From positions 42,878 through 106,877 of the forward strand of contig CAKZXA010000004.1 in assembly GCA_937922045.1 (NCBI GenBank): DNA of 64,000 bases, given 5' to 3'. The notes below the pieces were generated by a model that worked only from the letters and a program-made list of their open reading frames with translations, was not told the origin of the DNA and ran no database searches. The DNA is from an uncultured Acidimicrobiales bacterium. Lineage in GTDB: Bacteria; Actinomycetota; Acidimicrobiia; Acidimicrobiales; SZUA-35. Of this stretch, positions 58,771-64,000 are shown piece by piece. A program made the translations under genes and the position numbers. Positions within the stretch are counted from its first letter, which is position 1. The number at the start of each line of letters is the position of its first letter.

Positions 58771-61143
58771 CTAGCCCAACTCGAGGTCGAAGCTAAGGTC
58801 ACTGTTGCCGGGCCAAAAGTTGTGGACTTCGACCGCGATCACGTTGTTCCCGGCCACGAGGGACGATGCGGAAATCGTCGACGACTTCATCGTCTCGTCT
58901 GCACCTGATGCCCATGCGGTCGGTCTCGTGTTGTACGAGATGGTGCCTGCTGGCATGTTCACCCGATGAACTTCACGTCCGTTGATGTAGACGACGGCTC
59001 CGTCGTCGGCGGCTAGACCGAGCGTGAGCTGATCAAAGGCAGCGGGATCGACGACCGTAAATGTCTTGGCAAAGTAGTAGGCCTCACGTCCGGAGGTCAG
59101 CACGGTGGTTTCGTCACCGTCACCGAACCCGAACTCAGCAGTGCCCTGAGCCGACAGATTCTGACCGTTTTTCCAGTTGGCTGGTGCGGCCGTTCCCTGA
59201 GAATAGGACCAGGCAGAACCGGCCTCGACGAGGGGGCCACCAGGCTGAACAACCGGAGGGTTCTCATCGGATCCGCTGAGTCGCAGATCGAAGCTCAAGT
59301 CGCTGTTGTTGGCCCAGATGTTGTGCACCTCAACGGCGAGCACGTTCGTGCCCTGTCGCAGGGCGCTGCTGGCCACAATGTGGGCCTGCATCTTTTCCTG
59401 GGCGCCCGAACGCCAGCTCGCAGCCTGCGTCGAGTATCGGATCGTGCCTGCGGGCATGTTGTCCCGCAGGATCTCTTGTCCGTTCAGGTAGACGACTGCG
59501 CCATCATCAGCGGCGAGGTCGAGGGCAAGAGAACTCGGAAGTGTTCCTGAGAATTCGAAGCTGGTTCGGGCGTAGTAGGTCGTGTTGCCAGCTGGCCACA
59601 CTCTCGACTCATCACCGTCGCCGAAACCAAACTCGGCGTTGCCGGTCGGCCAGCCGCCGTCGTTGTAGTTCACGTTGCGCCAGCTGGTGCCCAGATCGTT
59701 GCCAGCAGCGTTGTAGCTCCAGGAGTCTCCCGCTGGCACCAGGGCGCTCGCATTGTTGCCACCGGTGTTGGGGTCGAAACCTTCAGGGCAGAACTTTCCG
59801 AAACCGCCGAGCCAGCGGTTCTGGCCACTGTCGAGGCCGCCAACGTGGAAGTCTCCGCCGAGGTAGAGGCAGCCGTTCGTGTCCGAGCCAAAGGCCCAGG
59901 TGCCGTCTCGAGGGCTATTGATGTCGGGGCGGAAACCACCGAGGAGCTGACCGTTCGAAGCGTTGTAGGCCATCGCCAGACGGTGACCGGTACGGCGACC
60001 ACTGAACGACGAATAGTGATTGAGCACGCCATTGCGCGCCGACCGGGTGCAGTGACAGCCGGCGAAGATGATATTGCCGATCCGTTCGCCGACCTGGAAA
60101 GCGCCACCGGAGAAGCCACCGGTGTACTCAAAGCCATCGTTCGAAGCACCCGTGGTGTGAAAGCCGGTCATGTCGTGATCATCGGCTTCGAGGACCTGGA
60201 TGATGTGCTGCTCACCGATGGCGAACACGAGGTCGTTGCCATAGGTGGCGTCAAAGAATTCTGGCTGTGAACGAGGGAAGTTACGAGGGATGTCCTTCTT
60301 GCCGGGAGCGCTCGCTCCGTTGCTCAGGTTCACCGTGTGGAAGTAGCCAGAGCTTGCTTCACCGTTGGCGGCGCTGAAGAAGCCAGCGAGGGTGGCCTCA
60401 CCGAGTTCGGTGGACACATCGATGCCCCAAACGCTGGAGCCGGTGATCTGAGGCTTCCAATTGCCGTCGATGCTTGCGTACTGGTCGGTGAACCGGCCTA
60501 CCTTGTAGACCCTGGTCCGGGCTCCGCCGGAACCGTTGATGTGTGAGAAGTTGCCGGCAACGTAGGTGTCATCACCGATGACTTCAATGTCTCGGACCAT
60601 GGCCCGGGCGTCGGACCAGGGACGGTCCACACGGCCGACGAAGGTCGGATCGATGGCGCCCGTGATTGGATCGAGAGCGACGAGACCACGACGAAGCCGG
60701 CCGTTGACCGCTTCAAACTCGCCGCCGACGAGCAGTGATCCGTTGGGGGCAACATCGAGGGCGTAGACGACTCGGTCGACCGTGGGACGCCAGCTTTCGA
60801 TCCAGTCGCCGGTGTTCAGATCAAAAGCGGCGATGAAGCTCTGTCGGATAGGCGTCGAATTCTTCGACTCCTGAACGTTCAGGAAGCCGCCGCCGACGAA
60901 CATACGATCACCGATCTGGGCGAAGTCCCAGACCAGCACATCGAGGGTCGAGGTCTGTGTCTGGGTTGGATCCTGCCCAGAGACACCCCACGTTCGCAAG
61001 GGAACGAGATCGAGGTTCTGCAGATCGATTGGGGTCTCATTGATTGCGGAAGCTTCGTCGGGTGGCGCTACTGCAACCACCGATACGAGGGCTAGAAGAA
61101 AGGCTGCAGCGGCGAGGGCCGCCTGCCTGGTTGGAAGTTTCAC
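58771..61143 (-). CDS. Secreted protein: beta-propeller-like N-terminus plus two tandem galactose-binding-like domains
   Basis: Signal peptide; repeated VGGxF blades; two roughly 150-aa repeats with FGFGDGDE...AADDGAVVY.NG.E...NV.AVEVHN...SDLSFDL. Confidence 0.8.
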   Translation of the reverse strand: MKLPTRQAALAAAAFLLALVSVVAVAPPDEASAINETPIDLQNLDLVPLRTWGVSGQDPTQTQTSTLDVLVWDFAQIGDRMFVGGGFLNVQESKNSTPIRQSFIAAFDLNTGDWIESWRPTVDRVVYALDVAPNGSLLVGGEFEAVNGRLRRGLVALDPITGAIDPTFVGRVDRPWSDARAMVRDIEVIGDDTYVAGNFSHINGSGGARTRVYKVGRFTDQYASIDGNWKPQITGSSVWGIDVSTELGEATLAGFFSAANGEASSGYFHTVNLSNGASAPGKKDIPRNFPRSQPEFFDATYGNDLVFAIGEQHIIQVLEADDHDMTGFHTTGASNDGFEYTGGFSGGAFQVGERIGNIIFAGCHCTRSARNGVLNHYSSFSGRRTGHRLAMAYNASNGQLLGGFRPDINSPRDGTWAFGSDTNGCLYLGGDFHVGGLDSGQNRWLGGFGKFCPEGFDPNTGGNNASALVPAGDSWSYNAAGNDLGTSWRNVNYNDGGWPTGNAEFGFGDGDESRVWPAGNTTYYARTSFEFSGTLPSSLALDLAADDGAVVYLNGQEILRDNMPAGTIRYSTQAASWRSGAQEKMQAHIVASSALRQGTNVLAVEVHNIWANNSDLSFDLRLSGSDENPPVVQPGGPLVEAGSAWSYSQGTAAPANWKNGQNLSAQGTAEFGFGDGDETTVLTSGREAYYFAKTFTVVDPAAFDQLTLGLAADDGAVVYINGREVHRVNMPAGTISYNTRPTAWASGADETMKSSTISASSLVAGNNVIAVEVHNFWPGNSDLSFDLELG

Positions 61144-61320
61144 GTTATGCCGCCTGGGGTTACGGGGTGACGTCGCTCGTCACCGCAGGGGTGTCTCTAC
61201 GAGTGTCCCCGTTCAGGCGAAACGGCGGCAGGGCCAGCGGAACCTCCTTTAGTAGGCGGATTCTCTTAGTTCTTCGGTAGGTCTCGTTGGTTCAGCCCGG
61301 GTGAAACATCCCGAGAGCCC

Positions 61321-61710
61321 CTACAAACTCGCCTCTATGCGCTCCTTGACCCGATTGCGATTGACGCGGAAATCTGGGTCAAGCTCGGTGACCTCCATCG
61401 ACCAGGCAATGGTGAGCGGTCCAGCCTCGCTGGCTAAACGGGCTTCGGCCGCGTCCAGCAGGGCCACGATGAAGCTCTGGCGTTGCTCAACACTGCGGCC
61501 GGGTCCGATGCGGGCGACGATGGCGATGAAGGCGTTGGCAGGGTCGCCATCGGCGACCGCATAATGATGCCGCATCGCAGCCCTTGTTCGCAGTCCCGCT
61601 ACCGCGGCGAGGCCGTGATTGAGAGCGGCCTGGTGAATCGTGTCGACCAGGGCGTCGATGTCGTGGTGTTCAGCGACGTTTGCGGAATACTCAAGAGTCA
61701 GATGCGGCAT
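61321..61710 (-). CDS. 5-carboxymethyl-2-hydroxymuconate isomerase family (HpcD/HpaF-like)
   Basis: N-terminal catalytic Pro in MPHLTLEYSAN; RTRA; IGPGRS. Confidence 0.88.
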   Translation of the reverse strand: MPHLTLEYSANVAEHHDIDALVDTIHQAALNHGLAAVAGLRTRAAMRHHYAVADGDPANAFIAIVARIGPGRSVEQRQSFIVALLDAAEARLASEAGPLTIAWSMEVTELDPDFRVNRNRVKERIEASL

Positions 61711-61814
61711 CGATTGATCCTGTTGTCGAAGATGTTTAACATGTGTACTACTTCGTGTCCCCTGGGCACAAGCCCCTGGCTCCTTGCTCGGAGAACAGGG
61801 TTTGAAAGGAAGCT

Positions 61815-62711
61815 ATGTCACGATTCTTGTCGTATTCCTATGAAGGCGTCCATCACTATGGAGTCGTGACGCAGGATGGCGCCGGCATTGTTGAGCTCGA
61901 CAAGCGGCTCAGCGGCGCCCCTGAACTCGGTTCATTGCTCGCTCAGGGTCGGACGGTTGAAGCTCAAGCATTCGCCGGCGAACCACCCGACCGGGCGCTC
62001 GATCGTGTGACCTTTGAGCGGCTCATACCGTGGCCTTCAAAAATTTTCTGCATCGGCGTTAACTACGGAGGACGGTCGGCAGAATATGCAGACACGAGCG
62101 ACGCCGCCTACCCCTCGGTCTTCGTCCGCTTTCCCGACTCCTTCGTTGGGCATGATCAACCACTCTTGCGCCCACCCGAAAGCCCTCAACTCGATTACGA
62201 GGGTGAGATCGTGGCCGTGATCGGCACCGAGGGGCGACGCATCCCGCTCGACCAAGCCCGCAATCACCTGGCTGGCCTGTCGTTGGCTAACGAAGGTACG
62301 ATCCGCGATTGGGTCCGTCACGCCAAGTTCAACGTGACCCAAGGAAAGAACTGGGAACGGTCTGGCGCTATCGGCCCATGGATGGTGACTATGGACGAGT
62401 TCGACAGTCTCCAAAACCTCGAGCTCACCACCCACGTGAACGGCGAGCTTCGCCAGAGCGACACCCCTGCCACGATGAAGTACTCCATCGACTACCAGAT
62501 TCACTATCTGTCGAGCTTCACCACACTCCGACCGGGCGACCTGATTCTGACCGGAACACCGACGGGGGCTGGAGCTCGCTTCGATCCTCCTATCTGGCTA
62601 AACCCTGGCGATGTCATCGATGTCCATGTGCCGGAAATCGGCACACTTCGAAACATCGTGGCCGACGAATTCCCTGCAGGCTCTCACCACCAGGCACCAT
62701 CACCCCAATAA
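61815..62711 (+). CDS. Fumarylacetoacetate hydrolase family protein
   Basis: KIFCIGVNY, LDYEGE, GKN, PGDLILTGTP. Confidence 0.93.
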   Translation: MSRFLSYSYEGVHHYGVVTQDGAGIVELDKRLSGAPELGSLLAQGRTVEAQAFAGEPPDRALDRVTFERLIPWPSKIFCIGVNYGGRSAEYADTSDAAYPSVFVRFPDSFVGHDQPLLRPPESPQLDYEGEIVAVIGTEGRRIPLDQARNHLAGLSLANEGTIRDWVRHAKFNVTQGKNWERSGAIGPWMVTMDEFDSLQNLELTTHVNGELRQSDTPATMKYSIDYQIHYLSSFTTLRPGDLILTGTPTGAGARFDPPIWLNPGDVIDVHVPEIGTLRNIVADEFPAGSHHQAPSPQ

Positions 62712-62779
62712 GCGGCTTGGCGTGGTGGCGACTTCGTTCGCAGGTTGGTTTAACGAACCGTCGGCGCTTGCATAAAGGC

Positions 62780-63571
62780 GTGAACTCCTCGGACAACCCT
62801 CGCTCTGCTTTCGATCCTCACGTATGGGTTATCGACCTCGATGGCGTCGTCTGGCTCGGCGATCACTCGATCCCTGGTAGCGCCGAGGCGATCAGACGGC
62901 TACAAGACGCTGGACGGGCTGTAGTTTTCGCCACCAACAACGCCTCGATGACACCGGAAGCCTTCGAGACCAGGCTCAACGGTCACGGCATCAGCAGTTA
63001 CGGAAACGTCGTGACGTCGGCCCAGGCGGCCGCCACCCTGGTGACCGCTGGCGAGCGGGTCTACGTGATCGGGGAAGCAGGCCTGATCGACGCTGTTAGC
63101 GCAGCTGGCGCTGAGCTCGTCGGCGGCCACGACGACGGCCCAATCGACGCTGTCGTGATGGGCATCACCCGCAGCTTCGACTACGACATGTTACGTCACG
63201 CAACCCGCTCGGTTCTGGCTGGCGCCCGCCTCATCGCCTCCAACACCGACACCACGTTCCCCGCTTCCGATGGGATCGATCCTGGCAACGGAGCGCTGGT
63301 TGCGGCCGTGGAAACAGCAACTGGACGCCGTGCCGAGGTTGCAGGCAAACCACATCAGGCCATGGCGAAACTCGTCGCTTCCCAATGGCAAGGACAGGGG
63401 ATCTGCGTCGGCGACCGACCGGAGACCGACGGCGACTTCGCCGTTGAGCTTGGCTATGCCTTCGGCCTCGTTTTCTCGGGCGTAACCCTTGAGGCGGATC
63501 TTCCGGTCAGGCCAGAACCGCGCATCGTTGCGGCCGATCTTGAGCGACTCGTCGAGTCGGTCTTGGATTAG
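62780..63571 (+). CDS. HAD-IIA (NagD-like) phosphatase
   Basis: DLDGVV, TNN, GKP, GDRPETD; GTG start inferred. Confidence 0.9.
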   Translation: MNSSDNPRSAFDPHVWVIDLDGVVWLGDHSIPGSAEAIRRLQDAGRAVVFATNNASMTPEAFETRLNGHGISSYGNVVTSAQAAATLVTAGERVYVIGEAGLIDAVSAAGAELVGGHDDGPIDAVVMGITRSFDYDMLRHATRSVLAGARLIASNTDTTFPASDGIDPGNGALVAAVETATGRRAEVAGKPHQAMAKLVASQWQGQGICVGDRPETDGDFAVELGYAFGLVFSGVTLEADLPVRPEPRIVAADLERLVESVLD

Positions 63572-64000
63572 CCGTCGAGCTCTTCGGCACTGAACTGGCC
63601 GAGGTAGATGGGTGACGCATCGATGAGGGTGCGGTCATCCTCGTACGATCCGAGGACGAGGAAGGCGTTGGAGCCAACGATGACACCCTTGGCATTCACC
63701 TCGCCCAAGGTCTCGGCATGCCACTCGCGGCCATCGGGGCTGTAGATAACGAGATAGTCGGCCACTTCATCCACGACCCGGCGGCTGATGACAACAATGC
63801 CGAAGTCGCCTGACGCCACCGATGTCATGATGTGATCGGCGTAGTCGACAGTCGACTCAGCCAGCATCTCAGGCAACGTCTGCTCGGATCGTTCGCCGTC
63901 GGGGTCTTGGGCGACGAGCGCAGTTTTCAGGGCGCGCTCGCTCTGGAGACTCGGTTCGCGGATCCGGTAGGTGCTATCGCCGAACACCGCCTCGACACCG
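63568..64000 (-). CDS. Hypothetical protein, 3' end (runs off the window)
   Basis: Open frame to the window edge; contains a YSPDGREW (BNR/Asp-box-like) motif. Confidence 0.55.
   Translation of the reverse strand, partial: GVEAVFGDSTYRIREPSLQSERALKTALVAQDPDGERSEQTLPEMLAESTVDYADHIMTSVASGDFGIVVISRRVVDEVADYLVIYSPDGREWHAETLGEVNAKGVIVGSNAFLVLGSYEDDRTLIDASPIYLGQFSAEELDG

Noticed and set aside
61144..61320. GC-rich leader of the secreted protein gene, with hairpin GGTGACG/CGTCACC and a TAACCCC-AGGCG segment loosely like the 3' end of a c-di-AMP (ydaO) riboswitch
   Set aside because: Core ydaO elements (GCTGAATCC, GGGGGACCCA, GTCAGCTAAC) and c-di-GMP riboswitch cores are not recognisable; an Rfam cmscan would be needed

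Overview
GC-rich actinobacterial chromosomal segment. Gene repertoire, lipoprotein solute-binding proteins and frequent leaderless starts suggest Acidimicrobiia (inference). It holds about 55 CDS, mostly transport and catabolism: three ABC importer operons (BMP/nucleoside, Opp/Dpp, and Liv with duplicated permeases), three acyl-CoA dehydrogenases, a fused indolepyruvate:ferredoxin oxidoreductase with Lrp, PutA with a PAS-AraC regulator, an aminotransferase/2OG-dioxygenase/GNAT/Baeyer-Villiger operon, a PspC two-component locus, gnd-zwf, xylB, a PAS-GGDEF-EAL protein and secreted proteins. No rRNA, tRNA, CRISPR array, transposase or integrase was seen. The main finding is missed by the ORF track: a full-length Bcp/PrxQ peroxiredoxin (53311-53757, minus) whose peroxidatic Cys codon is an in-frame TGA (TPG-U-TKESC), followed by a stem-loop, making it a probable selenoprotein. 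Beside it is a MmgE/PrpD gene collapsed by an internal deletion. Other points: tandem TCAGGG-N4-CCCTGA operators at the PspC locus, hairpins directly after each SBP gene, and a 15-bp coding tandem repeat in the IOR gene. Family assignments come from motif recognition, not database searches.
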